Assembly (NCBI GenBank): GCA_030648615.1
Contig: JAUSHJ010000045.1
Location: forward strand, 25,071 to 89,070
Direction: 5' to 3'
From: Candidatus Micrarchaeota archaeon
GTDB taxonomy: Archaea; Micrarchaeota; Micrarchaeia; Anstonellales; Bilamarchaeaceae
DNA length: 64,000 nt
In this document: in pieces, positions 51,037 to 61,595 of the stretch
Layout: every line of letters begins with the position of its first letter
Numbering within the stretch: position 1 is the first letter of the stretch
Notes under the pieces: generated by a model
What the model saw: the letters and a program-made list of their open reading frames with translations, nothing else
Told to the model about the DNA's origin: nothing
The model's database searches: none
Position numbers and translations under genes: made by a program

Positions 51037-52704
51037 TTACACCAATTTTGTTAATCCTGCTATTTCAAGTTCCCCACCTATTATGGCTGCAACATTTCGA
51101 TACATTGTAATTGTAAATATTATTTCTAAAACTGAAGTTATTATTATTAATACGATCAATTGAGAAACGGTAACTACTTCATCTATAATGAATTTATAAA
51201 GCCCAGAAGTAGATGCAGATGGGAAGAAAGGATTATTTGATAACGGATGGTGAATTACTTCTGCCATTGCACCTACAAATCCGGAAGTCATAGACCACAT
51301 AAACTTGCCTATGGTAAAAATATTATCCGTTGCAGCTGACAGAACACCTCCAAAATTAGATATGAGTTTCTTTCCGCTACACAGAAGACCCCAGAAACCG
51401 CTTCCGCATGCAGCCTGAACCTGGAACTCAGTTAATGTTTCTGATGCGAATTCATCTGTAAGCTCATCTTTTTTGTGTTCAGTTTCAATATCTACAAGTT
51501 CCTGTATTTTAGCTGGGTCAGGATTACCTAGCGGACTTATGGTTTTCGGAACATAGTTGAAATCTGCGGGTTTATATACATCAAATATCAAATAATTTGA
51601 AAAAAGAACTGAAAGCGGATATACATAAAATACTACGAACGAAATTGCGATAAGGCTCGAACCGGTTTTTCTTGTCATTGGAAAAGCTCTGAAAACTATA
51701 CCCAGAGGCAGAATTATCAGGGGGATTATATCTCTTGCAAAACCAAGAATTATTTGTTTTGCCATGATCGCAGTTATTACAAAACCTATTGCTTCTACAA
51801 CAACCGTATGTGCGTTACTCAGAAGCACAAGCCCGTCATAGGGCATAAATGAAAATGTGACTAGATTTACCAAAGGCAATGGAGAACCTAGAGGAAACGA
51901 TAAAGTTGAAAGAAAACCTATGAGGACTTCAAATAGATAAAGCTGGCTATAGGTAGCACGCATCTTTTCGAATAGTATATCAAGAGCTGCACTTGCAAGA
52001 TAAATGTGAGGAGAAACTGAAATTTCTGGACTTGTGGCATGGGCAGCAATAGCATCACCAACATTTGGTGAACCTGCAGTCAATATGCCAACTATCAAAT
52101 TAGGCAAATATGCATTACTTGCAAGCCAAAACCAAACTATAATCACGCTGAATATTGTTGCGGCTAGTTCTTCCTTGGCTATGGCACTTAGGGGTGGATG
52201 CTGAAAGAAATATGCCATCATGTAAGTGGCTGCTGTTATGAGCATGCAAAGCGTTATGGATTTGAGAACTGGGAGATATATAAGACTAAACATCGACGGA
52301 ATACCAGAGTCTGGATGCTCTATACCTTGAAGTGCGACAGTTGTGAGAATAGGGCTAAGTACAAATGCTATAATTGCAGCAAAAAGTGCTCCCAAAAGTA
52401 GATTGTGAGACCATACTACAGCACGTGCCCTAGTTTCTGCGCCTGATAACTGACCGACAACATAAACTAATGCTGCGAACATTATCATCATCATTATGCC
52501 GATGGGAACCCAGGAGCCATAAAGGTCAAAAAAGGCACAAATCTCATATGAAACCGTACCTGGTACGGGAGCATTTATTCGGTGTAAATTACAAAAATCT
52601 TCAACACCCTGGGCGGAAACGATATTACTAACAGAAATAAGAAAAAATACGATAAGAAATAATTTTGTAACTGTACCTGAGGGTAGAATAACACGATCTG
52701 CCAT
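51037..52704 (-). CDS. Polytopic membrane protein, CedA/VirB6-like paralog 1 with N-terminal VirB2/TrbC pilin-like hairpin
   Basis: LGIVFRAFPMTRKTG; GGELEIAGLTKLV; extra ALVYVVGQLSGAETRARAVVW segment. Confidence 0.65.
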   Translation of the reverse strand: MADRVILPSGTVTKLFLIVFFLISVSNIVSAQGVEDFCNLHRINAPVPGTVSYEICAFFDLYGSWVPIGIMMMIMFAALVYVVGQLSGAETRARAVVWSHNLLLGALFAAIIAFVLSPILTTVALQGIEHPDSGIPSMFSLIYLPVLKSITLCMLITAATYMMAYFFQHPPLSAIAKEELAATIFSVIIVWFWLASNAYLPNLIVGILTAGSPNVGDAIAAHATSPEISVSPHIYLASAALDILFEKMRATYSQLYLFEVLIGFLSTLSFPLGSPLPLVNLVTFSFMPYDGLVLLSNAHTVVVEAIGFVITAIMAKQIILGFARDIIPLIILPLGIVFRAFPMTRKTGSSLIAISFVVFYVYPLSVLFSNYLIFDVYKPADFNYVPKTISPLGNPDPAKIQELVDIETEHKKDELTDEFASETLTEFQVQAACGSGFWGLLCSGKKLISNFGGVLSAATDNIFTIGKFMWSMTSGFVGAMAEVIHHPLSNNPFFPSASTSGLYKFIIDEVVTVSQLIVLIIITSVLEIIFTITMYRNVAAIIGGELEIAGLTKLV

Positions 52705-52766
52705 AGGATACTTTATACTGTTTCGGATTATAAATATTACCTTACATACATGTTATTGGTAAAAAT

Positions 52767-53354
52767 ATGGTTAACCATCCAGATAGCGAACATGGCACTA
52801 GTCCGATATTGGGAGGAGTAATTGCATTATTCGTAATTTTAATATCTGTAGCTGTTGGTATAAATAAAATAGAAATTGAATTCCCTAGCATCATTCATCC
52901 AAGAAAAACTGAAATATTTAAAACGTTAGAAAAAATAGAAAGAACTACGATGAAATGTCTAGAATTAAGTGAAAATAGTGAAGAAATATGTGGATGTAGA
53001 AAAACAGGATTACTTGCAAAACAAGAATTGCGTGCTATTTCTGAAACATTTCTTGATGAACCAGATAAAGATATATTAGTAATACTAAGTCAAACTGTAG
53101 ATCAACGAATAATAAGACTAATGAGTCCTGCATTTAGTCGATTACATCCAGAATGTTCAAATCAGGATTTAATGGGGCTTTATGGGTGGATGGAACGTCG
53201 TAAAGGGTGCTATTGTTCAGTGAATTTAAATGTTCAAGCAAAAGAAATAAATGAATTCTATAAAGAAGCGGTCAAAACGTTAAGTGGAAAAAAAGAGCGA
53301 ATAGAGACAATAGTCGAAAGACATTTTCCAAAAGTAGCTGCAAGAGTAAGATAA
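52767..53354 (+). CDS. Orphan N-terminally anchored Cys-containing protein
   Basis: One TM near N-terminus, CGC and CYC motifs. Confidence 0.6.
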   Translation: MVNHPDSEHGTSPILGGVIALFVILISVAVGINKIEIEFPSIIHPRKTEIFKTLEKIERTTMKCLELSENSEEICGCRKTGLLAKQELRAISETFLDEPDKDILVILSQTVDQRIIRLMSPAFSRLHPECSNQDLMGLYGWMERRKGCYCSVNLNVQAKEINEFYKEAVKTLSGKKERIETIVERHFPKVAARVR

Positions 53355-53410
53355 AAGCTAGAATATCAAATTACGATAGAATAAAAATCTAATTAATCTA
53401 ATAAACCACT

Positions 53411-56176
53411 ATGGATACTTCTGAGAATCTTGATTTCACCAGTGTAGAGGCTAAGTGGCAGGCACATTGGAAGAAAGAAAAAACATACGAACCTGAAATT
53501 GATAAAAAGAAAAAAAAGAAATTTGTAACTGCAGCTTTTCCCTACCCTAACTCGCCACAGCACATAGGCCATGGAAGAACCTACACTACTACAGATGTCC
53601 ATGCACGCTATCTAAGATTGAAAGATTACAATGTAATTTTTCCCATGGGTTTTCACGTTACAGGTACACCAATAATTGCAATGGCTAAAAGAATTGCCGA
53701 TGGTGACAGTGAATTATACGATGTATTCAAAAGAATATATGAAATACCTGATGAAACTACGAAAACGCTCACTGATCCGACTACGCTGGTAATGCATTTC
53801 TCCAAAGAAATAGAGGAAGGGATGAAAGAAATGGGTTACAGCATAGACTGGAGAAGAAAATTTTATTCATTTGACAAGCATTTTAATAAGTTCATAGAAT
53901 GGCAATTCGAAAAATTAAAGCAATTAGGTTATCTGGTGCAGGGGGAACATCCGATAGCATGGTGCCCTGCTGACAATCAGGCAGTGGGTGGGCACGATAC
54001 AAAGGGAGATGTTGATCCTGAATTAAAAGATTTCACAGCTGTGAAGTTTAGATATGGAGATGGATTCCTGCTTACGGCAACACTAAGACCAGAAACTATT
54101 TACGGGGTCACAAATATCTGGATAAATCCAGAAATAATGCACGTAAAAGCAAAGAGCAAAAAGACTGGAGAAAATTATTATATTTCAAAAAAAGCAGCTG
54201 AAAAAATGAACTCCCAGGGTTTTGAACTTGAGATTTTAGAGGAACTTAAAGGAGAAAAAATGCTTAGTGACAATATGAAAGCTAAAAACCCTATTACTGG
54301 AGATGATTTACCGCTCTACTCTGCTTTATACGTGAAAGATGATACCGGAACTGGCATAGTTATGAGCGTACCTTCACATGCACCCTACGATCACATCGCA
54401 CTTCTAGATATGGGTATCAAACTCGATTACGCACAAATAATCAAAGTTGACGGCTACAAATTCATGGCAAAAGAACTCGTTGAACAACGAGGAATAAAGG
54501 ATCAGCACGACCCAAAAATTGAAGACATAGTAAAAGAAGTTTACAAAAAAGAAATACTTACCGGAGTAATGATTATTGGCCCCCATAAAGGAGAGAAGGT
54601 CTCTATTGCAATAGAAAAAACAAAAAATGAAATGATCAAAAACAAACAGGCATTTCCTTTCTGGGAAATAACCAATAAACCTGTGTACTGTCGTTGCGGT
54701 GCAGAGGTAGTTGCGACTATACTAAAAAATCAATGGTTTATCGATTACGGAAACGAGCAATGGAAAGAAAAAGCTAGAGAGTGCATAGCTGGAATGACAA
54801 TAGTTCCTGAAAAAACAAGGCAAGAATATCTTGCTACTCTAGAATGGCTTAGACAAAAAGCATGTGCCAGAGCAAGCGGGCTTGGAACTAAATTTCCATT
54901 CGAAAAAAATAGAATGATTGAAGCGTTATCAGATAGTACAATTTACATAGCATTTTATTGTTTTTCCTATCTTCTAAAAAATATGGAAGAAGGTGAACTC
55001 AACGAAGAATTTTTCGACTATGTTCTGCTTGGGAAAGGTAAAGGAAATCCAAAATGGAAAGAAGCAAGAGAGCAATTCGAGTACTGGTATGGAGAAGATT
55101 CCTACCATAGTGGTGCAGATTTAGTAAGAAATCATTTGCCATTTCACATATTTAATCATGTTGCCATTTTTGACAAAAAATACTGGCCAAAACAATTTGT
55201 CACAAACGGATTCGTATTAATGGATGGAAAGAAAATGAGCAAAAGCATGGGAAATATTTTGCCATTGAGAAAGGCAATAAAAGAGTATGGTGCTGATGTC
55301 ATAAGATTTTCCGTAGTAAGCGGCGCAGATTTAACACAGGATACCGATTTCAACAAGAGCGTGGCAGAGGGGACCAAAAGCAGGCTTGAGTTCATTGCTA
55401 AACTAGTTACAGAGATTTCTAATGCAAAAGACAAAAAGAAAGATTCCAGAATAGATAAGTGGTTGCTCTCTCGTATGAATAGAAAAATTAAAAATGCAGA
55501 AGAACTTTACGAAAAAATAGCACTAAGAGAACTATCACTGGAGATATTTTATGATGTTTACAATGATCTTCAATGGTACCTGAAGCGTAGTGGCAATGAA
55601 AGCTATGGAGAAACGATAAAAGAATTCCTTAAAGTTTGGAGCGTACTAATTCAGCCATTCATGCCACACCTGGCAGAAGAATTCTGGAATTTACTTGGAG
55701 AAAAGAAAACTATTTCAAAATTCCCTGAATATAATGACAAGAAAATTAATGAAAAAATAGAAAGGGGAGAAGAACTCGTAAAACAAACTTTAGATGATGC
55801 ACTGAATATAGCAAAACTTCTTGGAAAAAAACCAGAAAAAATATATATTTATGTTGCTTCAGAATGGAAGAGGAAACTGTATAACATAGTTAAAAATGAA
55901 AAGGCATTTGACAAAGTAATGAAAACAACTTCACAAGATTCAGAACTCAGGACGCACATGCAAGACGTGCAAAGAATTACGAAACAGTTGATGAAGAATG
56001 CTTATTCACTTCAAGAAATAGAAAATGAAAAAGATGAACTTGCAACTCTCAAAGACGCAGAAGAATTCTTAACAAAGGAACTTGACTGCCCTGTGAATGT
56101 GGCAAGTGACAGTGGAGCAAAGCATGAACGTGCTAAGAATGCATTGCCTGGAAAACCCGCAATAGTATTGGAGTAA
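53411..56176 (+). CDS. leuS: Leucine-tRNA ligase (archaeal type)
   Basis: AFPYPNSPQHIGH, ATLRPET, GTGIVMSVPSHAPYD, KMSKS, ALPGKPAI. Confidence 0.96.
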   Translation: MDTSENLDFTSVEAKWQAHWKKEKTYEPEIDKKKKKKFVTAAFPYPNSPQHIGHGRTYTTTDVHARYLRLKDYNVIFPMGFHVTGTPIIAMAKRIADGDSELYDVFKRIYEIPDETTKTLTDPTTLVMHFSKEIEEGMKEMGYSIDWRRKFYSFDKHFNKFIEWQFEKLKQLGYLVQGEHPIAWCPADNQAVGGHDTKGDVDPELKDFTAVKFRYGDGFLLTATLRPETIYGVTNIWINPEIMHVKAKSKKTGENYYISKKAAEKMNSQGFELEILEELKGEKMLSDNMKAKNPITGDDLPLYSALYVKDDTGTGIVMSVPSHAPYDHIALLDMGIKLDYAQIIKVDGYKFMAKELVEQRGIKDQHDPKIEDIVKEVYKKEILTGVMIIGPHKGEKVSIAIEKTKNEMIKNKQAFPFWEITNKPVYCRCGAEVVATILKNQWFIDYGNEQWKEKARECIAGMTIVPEKTRQEYLATLEWLRQKACARASGLGTKFPFEKNRMIEALSDSTIYIAFYCFSYLLKNMEEGELNEEFFDYVLLGKGKGNPKWKEAREQFEYWYGEDSYHSGADLVRNHLPFHIFNHVAIFDKKYWPKQFVTNGFVLMDGKKMSKSMGNILPLRKAIKEYGADVIRFSVVSGADLTQDTDFNKSVAEGTKSRLEFIAKLVTEISNAKDKKKDSRIDKWLLSRMNRKIKNAEELYEKIALRELSLEIFYDVYNDLQWYLKRSGNESYGETIKEFLKVWSVLIQPFMPHLAEEFWNLLGEKKTISKFPEYNDKKINEKIERGEELVKQTLDDALNIAKLLGKKPEKIYIYVASEWKRKLYNIVKNEKAFDKVMKTTSQDSELRTHMQDVQRITKQLMKNAYSLQEIENEKDELATLKDAEEFLTKELDCPVNVASDSGAKHERAKNALPGKPAIVLE

Positions 56177-56180
56177 ACAT

Positions 56181-57200
56181 ATGTTATTCGCAAAAGTAAG
56201 AAAAAATATAGGTGAACGTGTAAGAAAGGAGCTTTTGCACAGAGAAGTTCTTTCAGCTAATTATAAAGTAAAAACAGATAATCATTTTGTCTATTTCCCA
56301 GTAACACGAAAAATAAATTTACATGGAGTACATTACATAACCATAGTTGTTGAACCTCAAAAGAAAAAACCAAAAAGTGTCGTTGAATATCTTGAAGAGA
56401 AATACGGGAAAACTACTACACAACAACTTACAAAGTCATTTGATATTGTAGGAGACATTGCGATAGTAGAATTACCTGAACGACTGGCACATTTTGACAG
56501 CAAAGTTGCAGAAGCAGTAATTGCGATACACCCCAATATTAAAGTCGTTGCGAAGAAACTTGGTGCGATGTCTGGAGAATTTCGCGTAAGACCGATGAAA
56601 GTAATTTATGGGGAGAATCGCACAGAAACGATACACCGAGAAAATGACTGCCTAATGAAAGTAGATGTTGCAAGAGCGTATTTCTCCGTAAGATTAAGCA
56701 CAGAAAGAATGAGAATTGCAACTTTAGTTAGAGAAGGTGAAAACGTACTAGTTATGTTCTCTGGTGTTGCACCATTTGCACTGGTGATCGCAAAAAGAAA
56801 ACCGCACACAAAGATAGTATGTATAGAATTAAACGAAGTGGCAGTGCAATATGCAAATGAAAATGTCAAGTTAAATAAATTTTATAATATAGAAAATATT
56901 TGTGGAGATGTTAAAGACGTTATACCTGAAAGATTTTTAAATTGGGCAGACAGAGTAGTTATGCCACTGCCAAAAACTTCTAATGAATTCCTAGATGTTG
57001 CATTCAAAGCTGCGAAAAACGGTGCGATGATACACCTATACCACATAGGTGATTTTGAGAATGCAGAAGAACTGATCCACAAGGTAGCAAAAGAAAATAA
57101 TGCATCTGTAAATATAACTGGTCATCACATTGTAAGACCCTACGCACCTAGGCTAGATCAGATTTGTGTTGATTTCGTAGTTAGGAAAAAAAATCAATAG
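56181..57200 (+). CDS. trm5: tRNA m1G37 methyltransferase Trm5/Met-10 family
   Basis: SFDIVGDIAI, YFSVRLSTER, MFSGVAPF, DRVVMPLP. Confidence 0.85.
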   Translation: MLFAKVRKNIGERVRKELLHREVLSANYKVKTDNHFVYFPVTRKINLHGVHYITIVVEPQKKKPKSVVEYLEEKYGKTTTQQLTKSFDIVGDIAIVELPERLAHFDSKVAEAVIAIHPNIKVVAKKLGAMSGEFRVRPMKVIYGENRTETIHRENDCLMKVDVARAYFSVRLSTERMRIATLVREGENVLVMFSGVAPFALVIAKRKPHTKIVCIELNEVAVQYANENVKLNKFYNIENICGDVKDVIPERFLNWADRVVMPLPKTSNEFLDVAFKAAKNGAMIHLYHIGDFENAEELIHKVAKENNASVNITGHHIVRPYAPRLDQICVDFVVRKKNQ

Positions 57201-58051
57201 ATTCCAGCCAGCAATCCAATCAGGAAAAACAATAACATTCCAAGAACAAGCGGTGGCAACGCAGGCAGAACTAATTTTTTATTTAAGAACAAGTGAAGAA
57301 AAACTAAAAGTGAAACGGTTGCACCTAGAAAAACCATAATGACTGCATTGAAACCAAATGGCAAAACCGAAACCTCAAGCATTATCGGAGCAATTATATC
57401 CCCAGTACCTAAATCTATTCTGTGTCGTTTTCCTTCAACAAACCTTGGAGTACCTTCAGCCGTTTGTGCAGTGATTGTAAAAGCAAGATCTTTTTTTATA
57501 ATAAATTCGGCCATCTCCACCATGTGTTTTGTGGTGAATACTGCCACAAAATCATATAGTGAAAGCAAGACCAAAAACAAGACTGCAGGAACGAGACCAA
57601 ACGATATACCAAATATTGCACCTACCCCTGCCGTAGCTAATACGGCTGCTGCATTCTTTGCTTTTGGTAAAACAAATTTTATGGCTGCAAATGCAAGCCC
57701 GGCAGCAATTCCAAAGGTAGTCGCATAACCATAGTCAAGAAAAATGCGTGAGATTGCATAGAAAACAATTGATGACGAAGTTGAAATCATAAAAAATTCA
57801 AGAAGTCTAAATAATATTTCGTGAGTTTTGAAAAACCTGATCATGATTATTATAAAAACTGCACCTATTAGGATGAAACCAAAATAATACAATGCGTTTA
57901 TCGGTTCATTTATATCTTCATTAACTGCAAAAGAAGCTACGTAGGGATTTGCTAATGTATCGTTCAGAATTATTATTCCTGTATAAATGCCCATTAACTG
58001 GGCAACTATGAATAATACTAGCAGATTGAATATGAGTTTCATATAATCCAT
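57194..58051 (-). CDS. Presenilin/SPP-family intramembrane aspartyl protease
   Basis: LYDFVAVF, LGTGD, LPALP motifs. Confidence 0.9.
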   Translation of the reverse strand: MDYMKLIFNLLVLFIVAQLMGIYTGIIILNDTLANPYVASFAVNEDINEPINALYYFGFILIGAVFIIIMIRFFKTHEILFRLLEFFMISTSSSIVFYAISRIFLDYGYATTFGIAAGLAFAAIKFVLPKAKNAAAVLATAGVGAIFGISFGLVPAVLFLVLLSLYDFVAVFTTKHMVEMAEFIIKKDLAFTITAQTAEGTPRFVEGKRHRIDLGTGDIIAPIMLEVSVLPFGFNAVIMVFLGATVSLLVFLHLFLNKKLVLPALPPLVLGMLLFFLIGLLAGIY

Positions 58052-58091
58052 TTAGAAGGCGTAATTTATAATTAAGCTATTTGACAAAATA

Positions 58092-58748
58092 TTATAAGCT
58101 TTCTACTGCCATGCCGTAACAAAGGGATGGTTCGTCACCAAGAACAACGTTCTGTCCGACATCACCACCAAACAAAACGTCGTAACCACGAGCAACAGGG
58201 CCAACTTTCTTATCAATTCTGGATAAATGCCTGGCTTGCTCAGAAAATGCTACTTGCTCTCCAGTTGGAATTCCATGAATAGGATCAGCTAAATACCAAC
58301 CATCTCTTATGGGAAATGCTGAGACGATATCAACTGCACTTGCATGAACTATCCGGTTATTTCCATCTATTTCTAAAGTATAATCAGGGTGTTCTGCAAC
58401 TAGAATAGCATTTCGTTCATTTCTATAAACATCTGGAACAGTAAATACCCATTTGATTTTTGTTTTAGAATCAATACATTCAATTTGTTTTCCTAGTTTT
58501 TTACCTGGTTTTGCATGGGCAATCATTGTAGCTGACCAGCATCTAAATGCATCTGCAATAGTTCTCCATTCTTCACTTCCAACTAATGCTCGAGTTAGTC
58601 TTATATTAGAGGTTACAATTCTATCCTCTACATTCGCTCTTGCTAAACCCTCTTCGAATGGAACTCCATTTGCTCTAGTTATAAAGGTAGCAATATTAGA
58701 ACCTCTGATTCTTTCTTGAACTTTATGTTGAACGATTGCAAATGTCAT
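58092..58748 (-). CDS. Hypothetical protein, DGR-target-like (tandem paralog B)
   Basis: Near-identical core with 58782..59447, divergent C-terminus GPVARGYDVLFGGDVGQNVVLGDEPSLCYGMAVE. Confidence 0.7.
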   Translation of the reverse strand: MTFAIVQHKVQERIRGSNIATFITRANGVPFEEGLARANVEDRIVTSNIRLTRALVGSEEWRTIADAFRCWSATMIAHAKPGKKLGKQIECIDSKTKIKWVFTVPDVYRNERNAILVAEHPDYTLEIDGNNRIVHASAVDIVSAFPIRDGWYLADPIHGIPTGEQVAFSEQARHLSRIDKKVGPVARGYDVLFGGDVGQNVVLGDEPSLCYGMAVESL

Positions 58749-58781
58749 AATAAAAACCTTCAATAAACTAAAACCAAAAGA

Positions 58782-59447
58782 TTAAAAAGTCTCAACTACC
58801 ACCCCAAAAGAATCGGACTGGCCATTTAGAACTACATATTGTTTAGGGTCGACGTTGAAATTGCAAAAAGTGAAGATGAGACCACGAACAATGGGACCGA
58901 CTAGTTTAGCAGTTCTCCATAAATACCTAGCATTAGGATTTGAAAAGTGAACCTGATCTCCTGCTGGTATACCATGTTTTGAATCTAGCAAATAACACCC
59001 AGTTTTTCCTGGAAACTCCGAAACCAAATCAACTGCACTTGCATGAACTATCCGGTTATTTCCATCTATTTCTAAAGTATAATCAGGGTGTTCTGCAACT
59101 AGAATAGCATTTCCTTCATTTCTATAAACATCTGGAACAGTAAATACCCATTTGATTTTTGTTTTAGGATCAATATATTCAATTTGTTTGCCTAGTTTTT
59201 TACCTGGCTCTACATAGGCAGTAATTGTACCAGACCGACAAGGAAATGCATCTGCTATGGTTCTCCATTCTTCGCTTCCAACTAATGCTCGATCTAATCT
59301 TTTATTAGAAGCTTTAACTAAACCTTGTGCATCTACTTCTGGCAAAACTTTATCGAAAGGAACACCTGCATATCTAGGTATTAATACTGCTAAATTAGGA
59401 CCTCTAATTCTTCGAACTTCTGTTCTTTGAACTGCTGCAATACCCAT
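58782..59447 (-). CDS. Hypothetical protein, DGR-target-like (tandem paralog A)
   Basis: GGAGG SD; C-terminus GPIVRGLIFTFCNFNVDPKQYVVLNGQSDSFGVVVE. Confidence 0.7.
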   Translation of the reverse strand: MGIAAVQRTEVRRIRGPNLAVLIPRYAGVPFDKVLPEVDAQGLVKASNKRLDRALVGSEEWRTIADAFPCRSGTITAYVEPGKKLGKQIEYIDPKTKIKWVFTVPDVYRNEGNAILVAEHPDYTLEIDGNNRIVHASAVDLVSEFPGKTGCYLLDSKHGIPAGDQVHFSNPNARYLWRTAKLVGPIVRGLIFTFCNFNVDPKQYVVLNGQSDSFGVVVETF

Positions 59448-59470
59448 AGATAAACGCCTCCAGAGAAGTA

Positions 59471-61516
59471 TTACTTCTCCCCGACCAGCTTCACATGACC
59501 ATGCTCTTTCTCATATATTTCTCCTTTTCTTAGAAGTTCTGTAAGAATTCTTCTTGTCGTCTGCTCATCTATACCGGAACTTATTGCCATCTGAATTATC
59601 TTATCCAACTCAGCACTATCATTATTACGAAGAAGATCTTTTATGATGTCAATTATAGTATCTACTTTTTGGAGCTTCTCGCGTTCACTCTTAGGCTTGC
59701 CAGTGGCTACCACATCAACATCTAATACCCCGGTAGCTTTATCAGTCATAATTTGTTTCATGACATGATTCATAAGTGAAACTGCCATTTCAGCATCACG
59801 TTGTTCTACCAGTGGATTAAGTCGAATTTTTGCATTTGCTTCTGCTAATCTCACCAAACCTTCCAAATAACGAGGAGTAATTGCAATTGCACCTGCATCC
59901 TTGCTTCTTCTTCTCAAATCAACATAGAAATCTTTTATTTTATCTACTGCTTCATTTGTAAGTAAAGGTCTGATATTTCTTCTAGCATAGGCAATGTATT
60001 TCCTTAGAAAATCCTTTTCTACTAAGCGTTTATCTTCACGCGGTGCATCTCCCTTATGCGCTGCAAGTATCTGCTGTGCCAATTTCAGGTCTTTCTCTTC
60101 GTCTAATACGTCTACTATTGGAAATATTAAATCGAATCTCGACAAAAGTGTTGGTGGCACGTCAAATTGATCGCCTAAATTTTTATTCTGATCAAATCTG
60201 CCATATTTAGGATTTGCTGCAGCAAGAATCGCAGTTTTTGTTTTGAATGTGGCGACCATACCAGCTTTTGCAATACTTATCTGCTGGGATTCCATAACTT
60301 CGTGAAGTGCAGAACGATCTTCTTCTTCGATTTTATCGAACTCATCTAATTGAGCAGTACCACCGCTTGCAAGTACCAATGCACCTGCTTTCAGTGTCCA
60401 TCCACCCTCTCCTAATTCGTCCTTTTCGGCGCTCACCGTTAATCCCACACCACTCGTTGATTTACCACTAACAAAAATACTTTTTGGAGCTATATCTGAA
60501 ACACTATGCAAAAAACGGGATTTAGCAAGTCCCGGATCCCCTATAAGCAAAACATGTATATCGTCTCTTATGGGCAAACCACCAGGCATAGTTTTACCCC
60601 GTGTACCTCCAAATAACTGAAGTATCAATGCGCGTTTAACTTCCTGATGACCATAAATACCAGGTGCAATGGAATCGACCAAAATCTGCTCAATGTTAGA
60701 ATCTCTAGAAAATTCCAATATGCGTTTCTCCTCTTCCTTATCTATTTCTATTTCTTCAAAATCTTTTTTCAAACTTTTCACATATACTACATCTAAAAAT
60801 CGGCCATAAAGCATTTCTTGTTTCTGCTTTGTTTTTATCGGTTGTTTTAATCTTAGTACACCAACAACTTCAACATTGTCACCTGGAGAAATAGTATTTA
60901 TGAAATCGTCTTCCATTAAAAGCTCAATGTGAGCTGCAGGTGCACTGCCACGCACACGTTCAAGAAGCTCCTGTGCTTCTGCCTTCTGAATATCAGTAAA
61001 TTTACTTTCTTCATCCATTTGTTTTAAAGCAAATTTTTTACAAGTTTCGCATTTTTTTGGAGGGATAAAGTTTTTAGTTACTATTTCCCTCATAGTACTA
61101 TCGCACACATCACACTTGAACACAGCAATTTTTACCTTATGCATTGTTTCTGCACGTTTTGTTATAACACCCTTGAAAGAAACAAGTTCGTTAAGATCCT
61201 TGGCCCCCAGTTGCTCTATTAGAATATCTGTACCTGGAAAATTATGAAAACGAATATGTGGAGCAAAAATACCTCCACTTGCAAGGGAAAAATTCATCAG
61301 TTTTATTGATTCTTCTGCAGCTGCTATTACTAAATCAGGCTCTTTCATCAGCTTATCTGCTAAATCTGGATCAAAACGTTCTAGATCAGAATAGTCTATG
61401 AATATACTCCTTTTTTTAGGATAGACTAGAAGCAAACCATCAATATGTTTTTTATAAATTGATGTAAAGAATTCGTTGAACGAACTTATCAAAGGAGTCA
61501 GATCCAGTTTTTCCAT
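59471..61516 (-). CDS. mcm: MCM replicative helicase
   Basis: C4 Zn finger, GDPGLAKS Walker A, LDEFDK, AAANP, LLSRFDL; no intein; start MEKLDL. Confidence 0.97.
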   Translation of the reverse strand: MEKLDLTPLISSFNEFFTSIYKKHIDGLLLVYPKKRSIFIDYSDLERFDPDLADKLMKEPDLVIAAAEESIKLMNFSLASGGIFAPHIRFHNFPGTDILIEQLGAKDLNELVSFKGVITKRAETMHKVKIAVFKCDVCDSTMREIVTKNFIPPKKCETCKKFALKQMDEESKFTDIQKAEAQELLERVRGSAPAAHIELLMEDDFINTISPGDNVEVVGVLRLKQPIKTKQKQEMLYGRFLDVVYVKSLKKDFEEIEIDKEEEKRILEFSRDSNIEQILVDSIAPGIYGHQEVKRALILQLFGGTRGKTMPGGLPIRDDIHVLLIGDPGLAKSRFLHSVSDIAPKSIFVSGKSTSGVGLTVSAEKDELGEGGWTLKAGALVLASGGTAQLDEFDKIEEEDRSALHEVMESQQISIAKAGMVATFKTKTAILAAANPKYGRFDQNKNLGDQFDVPPTLLSRFDLIFPIVDVLDEEKDLKLAQQILAAHKGDAPREDKRLVEKDFLRKYIAYARRNIRPLLTNEAVDKIKDFYVDLRRRSKDAGAIAITPRYLEGLVRLAEANAKIRLNPLVEQRDAEMAVSLMNHVMKQIMTDKATGVLDVDVVATGKPKSEREKLQKVDTIIDIIKDLLRNNDSAELDKIIQMAISSGIDEQTTRRILTELLRKGEIYEKEHGHVKLVGEK

Positions 61517-61595
61517 AATATCATCTAGAAAGGAGAAGAAGTGGAATACTATTAGATGACAAGGGTTTAATAAATTTATCTTGAAAACAAAAAAT

